A stretch of 64,000 nucleotides of DNA, taken from positions 832,001-896,000 of the forward strand of contig OY759729.1 in assembly GCA_963662585.1 (NCBI GenBank), given 5' to 3'. The position numbers and the translations under genes are program-made. The notes under the pieces are model-generated. The model saw only the letters and a program-made list of their open reading frames with translations. It had not been told where the DNA came from and did not search any database. Of this stretch, positions 38,743 through 49,661 are shown one piece after another; position 1 is the stretch's first letter, and each line of letters starts with the position of its first letter. The stretch comes from Candidatus Cloacimonadales bacterium (GTDB lineage Bacteria; Cloacimonadota; Cloacimonadia; Cloacimonadales; JAFGVF01).

Positions 38743-39693
38743 ATGAAAAATATTCTAGTTCTTGGAGCTGCAGGTCAGATTGGTTCTGAATTAGTACCTT
38801 ATCTAAGAAATTTGTATGGTGCTAATAATGTTGTAGCTACTGATGTTCATAGTAATTGTAGTCCTGCAATAACGGAAGGTGGTCCTTTCATAACTTGCAA
38901 TGCTTTAGATGGTGCAAAACTAAATGAGATTGTAACTAATTATAAAATTGATACTATCTATAATTTAGTAGCTATGTTATCAGCTAAGGCTGAAGCTGAC
39001 CCTAAATTCGGTTGGGATTTAAATATGGGTGTTCTCTTCAACTGCTTAGAGATAGCAAGAGAGAAGAATGTTGCTGTCTTTACCCCAAGTTCTATTGGAG
39101 CATTCGGTCCTGAAACTCCAATGGATATGACTCCTCAAGATACTATTATGCGACCTAAGACTATCTATGGTGTATCAAAAGTAGCTGGAGAATTATTAGC
39201 TGATTATTATGTTAAAAGATTCGGCATTGATGCTCGTGGCGTACGCTACCCTGGTATCATCTCTTATGTTACTTTACCAGGTGGTGGAACAACTGATTAT
39301 GCTGTAGAAATCTACTATGAAGCAATCAAGACTAAAAGTTTCTCTTCTAATCTTAAAGCTGGTACATTCTTAGATATGATGTATATGCCTGATGCTTTAA
39401 AAGCTGCTGTGGAAGTAATGGAAGCTGATCCTGCTAAACTAATTCATAGAAACTGTTTCAATGTTGCTTCTATGTCTTTTGACCCAGAAATCATAGCTAA
39501 TGAAATTAAAAAACATATTCCTGAATTCACTCTCACTTATGATGTAAATCCTATGAAACAAGCTATTGCTGAAAGCTGGCCTAATAGTATGGATGATTCA
39601 GCTGCTAGAGCAGAATGGGGCTGGAATCCAACTTATAACCTAGAGACAATGACTGTTGATATGTTAGAAAAATTAAAAGAAAAACTTAAATAA
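38743..39693 (+). CDS. L-threonine 3-dehydrogenase (SDR/epimerase type)
   Basis: ILVLGAAGQIG, PSSIGAFG, YGVSK, PGGGTTDYAVEIY, MMYMPD; start re-placed at MKNIL after GGAG because ORF-track start 38650 lies inside the IS end. Confidence 0.85.
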   Translation: MKNILVLGAAGQIGSELVPYLRNLYGANNVVATDVHSNCSPAITEGGPFITCNALDGAKLNEIVTNYKIDTIYNLVAMLSAKAEADPKFGWDLNMGVLFNCLEIAREKNVAVFTPSSIGAFGPETPMDMTPQDTIMRPKTIYGVSKVAGELLADYYVKRFGIDARGVRYPGIISYVTLPGGGTTDYAVEIYYEAIKTKSFSSNLKAGTFLDMMYMPDALKAAVEVMEADPAKLIHRNCFNVASMSFDPEIIANEIKKHIPEFTLTYDVNPMKQAIAESWPNSMDDSAARAEWGWNPTYNLETMTVDMLEKLKEKLK

Positions 39694-39717
39694 TTAACAA
39701 ATTATGAAATATAAAAC

Positions 39718-39746
39718 AAAGGGACTGAAAATTCAGTCCCTTTTTT
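39718..39746. terminator. Bidirectional intrinsic terminator
   Basis: AAAGGGACTGAA-AA-TTCAGTCCCTTTTTT between convergent genes. Confidence 0.85.
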
Positions 39747-39761
39747 AATATTCTTAATTAA

Positions 39762-41204
39762 TTATGCTTTTACATTGCAAACAATGTTTCTAAATCTAGC
39801 TGGAGCAACACCATGTGAAAGGTGCATAGCTTGACCAGGTTCTCCCTTACCGCAGTAAGAAGTTCCGTGGAATTTCCATTCTGATTCGGAACAGATAGCA
39901 TCACAAGCACCCCAGAATTCAGGAGTGATACCGAAATAGGTAGGTTCTTTTACGATACCAACTATCTGGCCATCAACGATTTTATAACCGATTTCAGTAG
40001 TGAATTGGAAGTTATTTCTATTATCATCAATAGACCATGTCTTGGTGAAATCAATATAATATCCTCTTTCAGTACTCTTTATTAAATCATCTAAACTTCC
40101 AGCTTTACCAGGAGCAAGACAGAAGTTAGTCATTCTAACTAATGGAAAGTCATCTGCAAAAGATGCCATCATATTAGAAGATGATTCTAAACCAAGCTGA
40201 GGAGCTATTTCACGAGAAGTTTGTTGATCCAAGAGAATACCATCTTTGATGATATCTACTCTTCTTCCAGGAACTCCTTCATCATCTACTAAATGGTAAC
40301 CAATACCGCGTGGGTCTGTGGAATCACTATAGATATTAACTTCTTTAGAACCATATTTAAAGTTACCTAGCATTGAAGGCTTAATAAAAGTTTTTCCTGC
40401 ATAGGATATTTCCATACCGAGAATTCTATCAGCTTCAGTAGCATGTCCAACACTTTCATGAAGTTGGAGAGCAAGATGACCTCCACCGATAATAATATCA
40501 GCTTTCTCTTCTTCAATAGTTGGAGCGTCTAAAAGATCAATAACTTCTTTAACTATTCTATCAACATTCTCTTCTAATTTAGCATTCCTGACAACTTCAA
40601 ATCCACCTCTCTGAGTGCTCATGTGACCAGGCCATGTTCTTTCTTGCATTCCCTTGCTATTTACTGCTACAACAGACATTGAAGGCATTGTATCATAAAC
40701 AAGAGTATCAACGAAAGTAGCTTCTGTATTGGCATATACTTTATACTGTCTATAGAAGTCAACATGAACTGAGGAGTGAATAATTTGAGGATTTACATTA
40801 AGCTTATTAGCAATGTTCTGGAAATACTCAATCTTCTGATCATCGTCCATGGTAAAAGGATCTTCTTCTGGAACAAAGTAGTAAGAGCCAGTAGTTGGAT
40901 TAATAGACTTAAATGCTACAGGTGTATGTCTGAATCTAGCACTATGTTTAGCATTACTTACTGCCAAATTTATAAGGCTATCAATCTTAGTAATATCTAT
41001 CACATCAGTACCAGCAAATCCCCAGCAACCATCTATTAGAACTCTAATTCCTAGAGCTTCTGCATCAGTAGTTTTGGAAATATGCTTGAGATTTTTCTTT
41101 TCAAAGTATATTGTCTGTTTATCAGAGGAAGTAAATCTTACATCACCAAACTGGATATTGCGTTTCTTTAACTTGCTCATTATATCATAAATTAGTTTTT
41201 TCAT
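39762..41204 (-). CDS. tldD: TldD-family metalloprotease
   Basis: GIRVLIDGCWGFA, LHESVGHATEADR (HExxGH), DDEGV, RMTN, CGKGEPGQ. Confidence 0.92.
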   Translation of the reverse strand: MKKLIYDIMSKLKKRNIQFGDVRFTSSDKQTIYFEKKNLKHISKTTDAEALGIRVLIDGCWGFAGTDVIDITKIDSLINLAVSNAKHSARFRHTPVAFKSINPTTGSYYFVPEEDPFTMDDDQKIEYFQNIANKLNVNPQIIHSSVHVDFYRQYKVYANTEATFVDTLVYDTMPSMSVVAVNSKGMQERTWPGHMSTQRGGFEVVRNAKLEENVDRIVKEVIDLLDAPTIEEEKADIIIGGGHLALQLHESVGHATEADRILGMEISYAGKTFIKPSMLGNFKYGSKEVNIYSDSTDPRGIGYHLVDDEGVPGRRVDIIKDGILLDQQTSREIAPQLGLESSSNMMASFADDFPLVRMTNFCLAPGKAGSLDDLIKSTERGYYIDFTKTWSIDDNRNNFQFTTEIGYKIVDGQIVGIVKEPTYFGITPEFWGACDAICSESEWKFHGTSYCGKGEPGQAMHLSHGVAPARFRNIVCNVKA

Positions 41205-41213
41205 TGAGCTCTC

Positions 41214-42545
41214 CTATATAGTTTTGGTAGATGAGGTAATGTGGAACTTGGCAACTTTAACATGAGGCATCTTAACAGAAGAGATGTTAAAAGCACCATA
41301 ATTTGAAGAGAATGGAATCACAAAACTATCCTTTTCAATCTCAGTTATGTTTTCTAAGACTGAGCTAATTTTCTCTGTAAATCTAAGATTATTAACAACT
41401 TTAGTAATCTTACCATCTTCTATCAAAAATGTTCCGTCTCTAGTCAAACCTGTAAGAGAAGTCTCTTTGACATTAATGAAATTCATATAGTGTAAGCTGG
41501 AGATATAGATACCTTTCTTTACAGTAGAAATCATTTCATCCAAGGATTTTTCCCCAGTCTCCATTACTAAACAGGAGCCACTATTTCCGTTGATTGGTAA
41601 TTTTGTTTTGTGGCCATAAAAAGTATTGACTAAATAGTTTTTGAAAACACCATTCTCGATTAGCACTAACTTATCAATTTTATGTCCTTCTCCATTATAG
41701 TCAAAATTCACTAAATCAGCATCATGTGGGTCGTCAAACACAGTGATGTTTTTAGGAAAGACTTGAGTATTCTCTTTACCTTCAAAGAAACTGGATTTCC
41801 TATCTAAAGCCCCTGCAGAAAATGAGCTTCCAAGATAACTTAGATACTCACCAATACAGCGAGGAGCAAGAATAACTTCATAATGATCAGGATCTAAATC
41901 GACAACTTCCGCTTTACCGGCAATGAGTTTTCGTTCAAAACTCTCTAGTGCTCTATCAAAGTTTAAGTTTGCTAGCTGTTCCCCACCTAGTGATTCTAAG
42001 ACAGTAACCATATTTTTATCAGCTACGCCTTTGATTTCTAACATAATAGGTGAATTATAACCTACTTTATCAACTCCATTACTATTGAGAGTAGTTGAAG
42101 TTTCATAATTACAAATAAAAGTACCAAAAATTTTAAATCCGTGCTTGATAGCTACTGTAGAAAATTTCTGTAAAATATCAATCTTATTATCTAAAGATAA
42201 TTTAATGATATTATCTTCTTTAACTATTTCTTCTGTTTTAGTTAAATCACTTTCAATATCCACAAAATCTTCATCACTAGGAAGTTTATCGATTAAAATG
42301 AAAGACTCATCTAACTTGTGATTTAGCTTCTTTTCATCAGGATCAGAAATCGAGAAAGATAATGATTTCTTTCCTTGATAAATTGTTACCCAAAGCTGTT
42401 CACTACTTTTACTAATGTTATAGTTAACTTGACTTTGGTAAAAACGGAGAAAGTCCGTTTGCCAACTACTATGATTAAAGATGAACTTATAATCTTTATG
42501 TGTTGCAATAACTTCCTCTAGGAATTTTCTTAATTGTTCTTGCAT
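41214..42545 (-). CDS. TldE/PmbA-family protein
   Basis: YEVILAP, LTGLTRDGTFLIEDGKI..VVNNLRF; lacks HExxH; adjacent to tldD. Confidence 0.85.
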   Translation of the reverse strand: MQEQLRKFLEEVIATHKDYKFIFNHSSWQTDFLRFYQSQVNYNISKSSEQLWVTIYQGKKSLSFSISDPDEKKLNHKLDESFILIDKLPSDEDFVDIESDLTKTEEIVKEDNIIKLSLDNKIDILQKFSTVAIKHGFKIFGTFICNYETSTTLNSNGVDKVGYNSPIMLEIKGVADKNMVTVLESLGGEQLANLNFDRALESFERKLIAGKAEVVDLDPDHYEVILAPRCIGEYLSYLGSSFSAGALDRKSSFFEGKENTQVFPKNITVFDDPHDADLVNFDYNGEGHKIDKLVLIENGVFKNYLVNTFYGHKTKLPINGNSGSCLVMETGEKSLDEMISTVKKGIYISSLHYMNFINVKETSLTGLTRDGTFLIEDGKITKVVNNLRFTEKISSVLENITEIEKDSFVIPFSSNYGAFNISSVKMPHVKVAKFHITSSTKTI

Positions 42546-42557
42546 TACTAACTCCTA

Positions 42558-43856
42558 TTAATAGTAATTAAGCGTTGTAGCTTGGAAATCCCTTTTTATA
42601 AGTTTCCCAAACCCTCTTTGATCTTGAATACCTTCTTTAAAGTCATATATTTTCTCTCCCCTTAAATAGGTTTGAGTTATTTTACAATTTATTTTTACAT
42701 CTTTGAAAGATGAGTAACTATCAATTGATTCTTCTTGTAACTGGGGATCAATAACAATGAAGTCTGCATCTTTTTCTTTATCAAATCCACCTTTTCTGTG
42801 ATCTACACCTAAAATCTTAGCAGGATTACCACAGAGCATTCTCTCCAAATTACCCAATGTCATTCTCTTTGATAAATAATACTCCGAGAAGAGATAAGGT
42901 ATCATATATTGCAGATCAAGATAGTTAACTATATCGGAAAAATTCTCATCAGTATAATTTAAATCCTGATTTATAAAGCCACTATTTGTCGATATTGATG
43001 GTACTTTGCCTGTTTGAATCAAACTATCGATAGAGAGATTCGAGCTATTTTCTTGGATACCTGGAAGATACATACTCTCTTTATTTTCAAGAAAATAATG
43101 AGGATTAATATCATAAGTACAGTGATACTTTTTAGTAGAATTCATCACGAAATCTACTATTTCCGGAGAAACGATATTAAAAAGATGTACTTGGGTCTCT
43201 TGTGATCTTCTAAAAAGTTTCTTTACTGCTTCAAACTGATATTTGCTAATATCATGGGGGTCAGCACCTTTATTCTTACAAAAATTAGGAAAATCTAAAG
43301 GGAAAACACCAAAAAGAATTTGAGAATTAGAAAAATCAGTAAATAACTCTAAAATCTCTTCATAATCTAGAGGAGAGATAGTATCATTATTACTATATAA
43401 GTAAAACTCAATTCCCACAACTCCATTTTTGGATAACTCTGAAATCTCTTCATTATAATAGGGATAGTCATCACTATTAATTAATCCCCATATACCATAA
43501 TCTATAAGAGAATTATTTTCATATAATTTAGCAATTGAAGAAAAGTCATAACCTTCTGAAAGAGGAGTATCGGTATTACAATTGCTATCTGCCATGTAGG
43601 TTATACCTCCCTTAGCAGCAGCTTTAGAAGCATTATAAAAGTAGTTTTGCCAGTTAGGATGATCAGACCTAAAGTGAGTATGCACATCTACGCCCCCAGG
43701 CAAAACTATTTTGCCATCTAAATCAATAACAGTTGTGTTTTCAGGAGGGGTAATTGAATCTTCACGCACATCAACAATTTTTTCATCGAATAAAATATCA
43801 ACTTTTCTCTCTTTGGTAATCCCAGCAGAGATAGTTGCATTCTTAAATAGTATCAT
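42558..43856 (-). CDS. Dihydroorotase/allantoinase-like amidohydrolase (divergent)
   Basis: IDLDGKIVLPGGVDVHTHF, AAAKGGIT, NPAKILG, DADFIVID. Confidence 0.75.
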   Translation of the reverse strand: MILFKNATISAGITKERKVDILFDEKIVDVREDSITPPENTTVIDLDGKIVLPGGVDVHTHFRSDHPNWQNYFYNASKAAAKGGITYMADSNCNTDTPLSEGYDFSSIAKLYENNSLIDYGIWGLINSDDYPYYNEEISELSKNGVVGIEFYLYSNNDTISPLDYEEILELFTDFSNSQILFGVFPLDFPNFCKNKGADPHDISKYQFEAVKKLFRRSQETQVHLFNIVSPEIVDFVMNSTKKYHCTYDINPHYFLENKESMYLPGIQENSSNLSIDSLIQTGKVPSISTNSGFINQDLNYTDENFSDIVNYLDLQYMIPYLFSEYYLSKRMTLGNLERMLCGNPAKILGVDHRKGGFDKEKDADFIVIDPQLQEESIDSYSSFKDVKINCKITQTYLRGEKIYDFKEGIQDQRGFGKLIKRDFQATTLNYY

Positions 43857-44268
43857 TCTCGTTCCTTATTAAGTAAAATAACATTTAACAGTGGAAAGTT
43901 ATATTAAATCTTATAAACATAATATTGTATTTAACTTATTCTGTCAATTAATTTCTTGCAATTTGTGCTTTTAGGATTAAAAAGTGACTGATTTATTTTG
44001 TTTTATAAAGCAGAGAATATTAGTAAATAGAGGAAGCCTAACAAAGCAAATATTAAGAAAATACCAAAATTAACCATTACAATAGTTGTTTCAGTATATA
44101 AGGACATTGTAATAGAGAAGCCGAGTTGGGACATCCTTCACGCTTCCAATAAGCCTGGTAATTATCTATCTTTTTCACTTGATAAAAATAAATAGGCCTT
44201 TAACAAGAGCCTAAGGTCTTCTTATACAATTCCTTGATATTGTTCTGCTTTCTTTTTACTTTTCCAAT

Positions 44269-44302
44269 AAAAAGAAGCTCTTTCCGAAGAAAGAGCTTCT
44301 TT
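44269..44302 (-). terminator. Intrinsic terminator after iorB
   Basis: AAAGAAGCTCTTTC-CGAA-GAAAGAGCTTCTTT hairpin. Confidence 0.85.
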
Positions 44303-44315
44303 AATTATAATTTAT

Positions 44316-44885
44316 CTATTGTTCAAATACTTTCAAGTTTTCTTCTAGCAGACTACCTTTAAGCAAATCTTTAATAGCTTGAAGATAATTATCTCGTGAG
44401 ATACCAGGGATTAGGTTATGTTTAGAGATATAACCTAAGACTACAACATTTTGCATTTTAGAATTTTGTAAATCATCCTTAAATACTCGGTGATAGTTAA
44501 TTTCTCTTCTCTTACACTCAGCTTCAATGGTTTTAGTATTAGTTTCTTCTGCTTGTCTCATTCTCACATCTAAAGGTTGCCAGACTGCATCATAAAATAC
44601 TAAATCTCCTGCGTTTCTAAGATGAGAATTCATTCCTCGCAAGGCTTCATGTCTTTCTAAAGCAATAACGATATCTGCTTTGCCTTCAGGGATTAGGGGA
44701 GAAAAAGCTTTAGAACCTAATCTAATTTGCGAGGTAACTGTTCCACCTCGTTGAGCTAAGCCATGTGTATCGACGCCTTTAGCTTGAAGCTCTGCGTAAT
44801 AGGCTGCTCTGATAATTGCTTCAGAGAGTAAGCCTATACCTTGTCCACCTACACCTATTATGAATATGTTAAAATTTGTAGACAT
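44316..44885 (-). CDS. iorB: Indolepyruvate:ferredoxin oxidoreductase beta subunit
   Basis: GVGGQG, HGLAQRGGTVTSQIR, ADIVIALE..EALR. Confidence 0.88.
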   Translation of the reverse strand: MSTNFNIFIIGVGGQGIGLLSEAIIRAAYYAELQAKGVDTHGLAQRGGTVTSQIRLGSKAFSPLIPEGKADIVIALERHEALRGMNSHLRNAGDLVFYDAVWQPLDVRMRQAEETNTKTIEAECKRREINYHRVFKDDLQNSKMQNVVVLGYISKHNLIPGISRDNYLQAIKDLLKGSLLEENLKVFEQ

Positions 44886-46768
44886 TACTTTTCCTCCTTT
44901 GCTTTAGATTCAATTGCCTGGGTTGGGCAAGTTTGCTTACAAGAACCATCTCCAATACATAGGTCTTCTTGGACCCAAACTGAACCATCTGGATTAATTT
45001 GATAAGAAGGACAGGCAAAGCTAGAGATACAATCATAAGTTTTATTACACTTAGCAGTTACGAACACTTTAGGTGGAGTTCCTAGCTTCTTTTTAGCTAA
45101 TTCACGAGTAAATTTTAACATACAAGGATGCTTAGCTATCACAACATTGAAACCATCTTCAGCTAAAGCATCTTTTACAGCTTGAGTTAGTTTAGCTTGC
45201 TGATAAGTATCAACAACTTGTACATTAGCTACTCCCATTCCTTTCAGCATATCTAGAATAGGAATTTTCTCAGAAACTTCATTGAAGTTCTTTCCTACAG
45301 CAGGGTGATCTTGATGTCCTGTCATCGCAGTAGTTCCATTTTCCATAATAATTAAAGTATGATTGTGGTTATTAAAAATGGCATTGATAATACCTGGTAA
45401 TCCTGCATGGAAAAAGGTTGAATCACCTAAGAAAGAGACAACTTTTCTCTTAGTGTTAAAAATAGAAAGTCCAGCTGCTGTACCATTAGAGTGTCCCATA
45501 CTCAACAGAGCTTCTCCAATCTTGTAAGGAGGCATAAATCCCAAGGTGTGGCAACCAATATCGCCAACAGTAATAGTATCATCATCTATTGCCTTACGAA
45601 TAGCATAGAAAGCTGATCTATGCCCACAACCAGGACACATCTGAGCTGGTCGAGGATTTAACTTAGGTTTTTGGGTATCTTGAACTTCAGCAGGAGCAAA
45701 GAAATCACTCCACTGTTTTCTTAAGACTTCTTTTACTTTATCAGGAGTATATTCATTCTCCCAATCAAGTAAATCACTTTTACCTGTTATTTTCACAGCA
45801 ATCTGATTTTCATAGGCAATCATCTTAACATCTCTTTCTACTATATCATCTAATTCTTCAAGTATCTTAACTTCTTTATGAGACTTCAAAAAATCAATAA
45901 TCATCTGTTTAGGAAGAGGATAGACAATACCTAATTTAAGAATATCAGGCTGAACCTTCATCTCTTGCATTACATCTAACAGTGAGTAATAAGGTAAGCC
46001 CATTGTGATAATTCCCACTTCTTTATTAGCATTATCTTTAATGAAATTAAGATTGGATTTATCTGAATACTCAGCAAACTCACTTAGTTTTTTGAGTGCT
46101 TTTCTTTTGAGTGGAAAAACAGCTGAAGTGATAGGGATATAAGGTCCGTTATTAGCATCAAATTTAGGATTAGGATCTAATTCTGTTCTATTCCAAGCAT
46201 CAAATTCAATCAGTTCTTTATAGTGACAAACATGCGTTGTTAAGCGTAGAAACACAGGCATTTTCTTCTCTTGGGAGATTTTGGCTGCCTCTTTAAACAT
46301 TTGATAAGCTTCTGTTGGGGTAGAAGGTTCAAAAACTGGGATATAGGACATTTTAGCAAAATGTCTGTTATCCTGTTCATTCTGGGAAGAGTTAGCTCCC
46401 GGATCATCTCCAAGTATAATCACCATCCCTCCAATTAGTTCCATTAAGCCTAATTGGACAAGAGAATCAGCTGCGACATTTAGTCCCACACTCTTGAAGA
46501 ATACACAAGAGAGATGGCCGTTTATAGAAGCACCGAAGGCAACTTCAGTGGCGACTTTTTCATTTACAGAGAATTCAAAGTAAAATGGTCTCTCTTCACG
46601 AGGAATTTGAGCTATCGCGGTAGCAATTTCTGGAGTAGGTGAACCTGGGTAAGATGTTACAACTTTAACATTAGCTTCTACCATAGCTCGAACCAATGCC
46701 CAGTTTCCCATCATAATTTCATGAGTCTTTTCCTTAGAAAGTAATATTTCTGGTAATTTCTTCATCAA
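44885..46768 (-). CDS. iorA: Indolepyruvate:ferredoxin oxidoreductase alpha subunit
   Basis: YPGSP, NEKVA, GLNVAAD, SSQNEQD, CPGCGHR, GDIGC, GDSTFFH TPP motif, C-terminal Fe-S cysteines. Confidence 0.92.
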   Translation of the reverse strand: MMKKLPEILLSKEKTHEIMMGNWALVRAMVEANVKVVTSYPGSPTPEIATAIAQIPREERPFYFEFSVNEKVATEVAFGASINGHLSCVFFKSVGLNVAADSLVQLGLMELIGGMVIILGDDPGANSSQNEQDNRHFAKMSYIPVFEPSTPTEAYQMFKEAAKISQEKKMPVFLRLTTHVCHYKELIEFDAWNRTELDPNPKFDANNGPYIPITSAVFPLKRKALKKLSEFAEYSDKSNLNFIKDNANKEVGIITMGLPYYSLLDVMQEMKVQPDILKLGIVYPLPKQMIIDFLKSHKEVKILEELDDIVERDVKMIAYENQIAVKITGKSDLLDWENEYTPDKVKEVLRKQWSDFFAPAEVQDTQKPKLNPRPAQMCPGCGHRSAFYAIRKAIDDDTITVGDIGCHTLGFMPPYKIGEALLSMGHSNGTAAGLSIFNTKRKVVSFLGDSTFFHAGLPGIINAIFNNHNHTLIIMENGTTAMTGHQDHPAVGKNFNEVSEKIPILDMLKGMGVANVQVVDTYQQAKLTQAVKDALAEDGFNVVIAKHPCMLKFTRELAKKKLGTPPKVFVTAKCNKTYDCISSFACPSYQINPDGSVWVQEDLCIGDGSCKQTCPTQAIESKAKEEK

Positions 46769-46971
46769 AACTCCTTATATAAGTTATTTGATTTTATCAT
46801 TATACTTTAAAAGTAATGAATTTTGCTGAAATACCAAAAATAAATATTTGTAAAATTCTGTCCGCCCTAACTAGGAATGTGGGGTTATTGCCCGTTCATT
46901 GCTGTAAAAGAAATGATATTCCCAAATCTATTTCAGAGATGGGAATTTAGGGGGTGTTTTCTTTTTATGCA

Positions 46972-47325
46972 ATGGAAGCGTCCCTGCTTCCATTAACTGG
47001 GGTTACGGACCAATAGTCCGTGAATCTTAAATTATGTTTCCTAAAATCCACATCAGTGATGGAGACATAGGGTCTATGGAATGGAAGCGTCCCTGCTTCC
47101 ATTAACTGGGGTTACGGACCTTTAGTCCGTGAATCTTAAATTATGGAATGGAAGCGTCCCTGCTTCCATCAGGCTGTATTTCAGCCTGCTCTTATCTTTT
47201 CTGGCGGCAGAGACGCCCCCAGTCCATAGGCCCCTGCTTCCATTAACTGGGGTTACGGACCTATAGTCCGTGAATCTTAAATTATGTTTCCTAAAATCCC
47301 CTTCAGTGAGGGGGACACAGGAGGT
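46972..47325. repeat. Mosaic cluster of REP-like palindromes
   Basis: ATGGAAGC-GTCCCT-GCTTCCAT (3 full copies, 1 partial), ACTGGGGTTACGGAC-n5-GTCCGTGAATCTTAAATTATG (x3), TGTTTCCTAAAATCC..TCAGTGA.GG.GACA (x2). Confidence 0.85.
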
Positions 47326-47579
47326 ATTTCCATATCTGGTCCTCCACAATCTATTACAACAATGACTATATTTATGTTTTTCTTAGTCTTTGGAAATTTT
47401 TAAAATTTATAATAAATACAAATATAGCAATATTTTGCACTTTACCATATTAGTAAATGCTCATTAAGTGTAATTCAGTATAAGTATTATGCAATTCACA
47501 AACTAATTCAAAATATTATGTTGACATATTAGCAAATATGAGTACATTAATAATATCAATTAGGAAGAGAGGAAGGATA

Positions 47580-49661
47580 ATGAAAAAGATTATTTTATTT
47601 GTAATTGTACTAGTTTTGACTGGAACTTTATTCTCAGTAGGTCTATTGATTGACTCTTCAATACAGAGCCAATATGTCCTAATCAAATTAGATGAAGTAA
47701 TTTATGATGTCAATATCGAAAATCAAGTAGCAATGGTAAGGGTTCAAGAGACTTTCGTTAATCAACTAGAAAGAGAAATAACTCCACGCTATTATTTCCC
47801 CATGCAAGAGGGAGCATCACCCACTATGATTCGTTGGTTTCAAAACAATCAGTGGTATCAGGCAAATATCAGTGCTAATCCTCAAAATCCTCCAGGAGGA
47901 CCTACCTATACACCATATAATATTGAAACATATTTAGGTGAGCAAGTACCAACTATATTTGATCTTCCTTTAACAGCCAATTACCAGGATTCTATAATAG
48001 TCGAATTTACTTTCGTTCAATTATTACCTTATGCATTTGGAGATGTAAATCTCTTCTTAAAGAACAACTATTCTAGCATTCAAAGTAGTATAATTACCCA
48101 TCAAGAATTAGATATTGAACTTGTTTCTGATAGAGAAATAGTATCCTATTCTATTGATGGCATAGGAAGTCAATATTCCGAAGTAGGCACTAATGAAGTT
48201 CAAACTCTTTATGAAGTCTATGAAACAACCAATAGTATTGATTATAATCTAGTATTTTCCTTAAATCAAGAAGAGCTGGGTTTGTGGTCAATGAGTACTT
48301 ATTTGGATTCTGTAGCTGATAATCAGGACCACGGATTCTTTACTATGATTGTAGAACCTGATCCTTCGGAAGAGACTGAAGTAATTGATAAAGTTTTTTC
48401 CTTAATCATTGATACTTCTGGAAGTATGGGTGGGGAAAAAATTATTCAAGCTAGGAATGCTGCTAATTATATCATTAATAACCTTAATGAAGGGGACAGA
48501 TTTAATATTATTTCATTCTCTACCTATGCTTTTTCTTTATGGGAATCGCATTTGCTTAATAATGAGGCTAATCGCCAACAAGCAATTAATTATATAAATT
48601 CATTAGATGCTGTTGGTGCAACCAATATATCAGAAGCTTTCGATATAACAATTCCTCAATTTAACGGATATCTGGAAGATACTGCTAACATAGTTATTTT
48701 CATGACTGATGGAGAACAGACTGAAGGTATTACCAACACTAACCAATTGATAAATCACATCGGTGGATTATTTTCTTCTTGCGATGCTCCAGTTTATCTC
48801 TTTAATTTTGGCATTGGGATGTCAACAAATGAAGTTCTATTATCTACAACTGCTAATTCAAATAACGGATTTGCCACTTATCTAGGTAATGATGAATTAT
48901 ATGGTGTGATAACAGACTTTTATAATATGATAAGATATCCTGTAATGTTGAGTCCACAAATATCTGTTTCACCAGACAATGTTTTAGTAGATTTCCATCC
49001 AATAATGTTACCAAACCTCTATAAAGGTAAACAGATGATTATCAGTGGTCGATACAATGAGCCATGTGATATCGAAATTAACTTTTCAGGATTAGCCTAT
49101 GGTAATGAAGTTAATTATCAATATGAAGTTACTCTTGCAGATTCAAGTAATACGCGCTATGCCTTTTTACCAAAAATTTGGGCCAAGCAAAAGATAGAAG
49201 ATTTACTCAGAGACTATTATACTTATGCAGAAAACTCTCCTGAAGCAGAAGCTATAATGGATGAAATTGTAGAATTAAGTCAGCTTTGGGGAGTTCTAAC
49301 TCCATTCACTAGCTTTACTGGAGATGGTGTGGATAACTATGATGAAGAGCTTGAACAAAATGAAGTCGAAAGTTCTTCTATGATTACTCTTCTAGGAAAC
49401 TATCCTAATCCATTCAACCCTGAGACTCAAATTAGATTCGAAATTAAAGAAGATATCAATGATTTTATGCTTGTCAAAATCTATAATTTGAAAGGTCAAT
49501 TAATAAAAATCATAAAAATTAAAGTAGATTCTAAGGGTCAATATTCTGTTGTTTGGGATGGAAGAAATGACGAGAATAAAGCTGTATCATCAGGTGTCTA
49601 TTTCTACAAAATTGAATATGCCAACCATTCTGCTAGTGGCAAGATGATTTTGATGAAATAA
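47580..49661 (+). CDS. Secreted VIT + von Willebrand A protein with FlgD/T9SS-like C-terminal domain
   Basis: Signal peptide MKKIILF; VIT-like VQETFVN...YYFP; MIDAS IIDTSGSM, MTDGE, FGIG; C-terminal NYPNPFNPET...IYNLKGQ...WDGRN...VSSGVYFY. Confidence 0.85.
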   Translation: MKKIILFVIVLVLTGTLFSVGLLIDSSIQSQYVLIKLDEVIYDVNIENQVAMVRVQETFVNQLEREITPRYYFPMQEGASPTMIRWFQNNQWYQANISANPQNPPGGPTYTPYNIETYLGEQVPTIFDLPLTANYQDSIIVEFTFVQLLPYAFGDVNLFLKNNYSSIQSSIITHQELDIELVSDREIVSYSIDGIGSQYSEVGTNEVQTLYEVYETTNSIDYNLVFSLNQEELGLWSMSTYLDSVADNQDHGFFTMIVEPDPSEETEVIDKVFSLIIDTSGSMGGEKIIQARNAANYIINNLNEGDRFNIISFSTYAFSLWESHLLNNEANRQQAINYINSLDAVGATNISEAFDITIPQFNGYLEDTANIVIFMTDGEQTEGITNTNQLINHIGGLFSSCDAPVYLFNFGIGMSTNEVLLSTTANSNNGFATYLGNDELYGVITDFYNMIRYPVMLSPQISVSPDNVLVDFHPIMLPNLYKGKQMIISGRYNEPCDIEINFSGLAYGNEVNYQYEVTLADSSNTRYAFLPKIWAKQKIEDLLRDYYTYAENSPEAEAIMDEIVELSQLWGVLTPFTSFTGDGVDNYDEELEQNEVESSSMITLLGNYPNPFNPETQIRFEIKEDINDFMLVKIYNLKGQLIKIIKIKVDSKGQYSVVWDGRNDENKAVSSGVYFYKIEYANHSASGKMILMK

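Noticed and set aside
39762..42545. RiPP (microcin-type) cluster around tldD/E
   Set aside because: No precursor peptide, YcaO or transporter nearby
46972..47325. Possible CRISPR array
   Set aside because: The intervening sequences are themselves repeated hairpins with irregular spacing; no unique spacers and no cas genes
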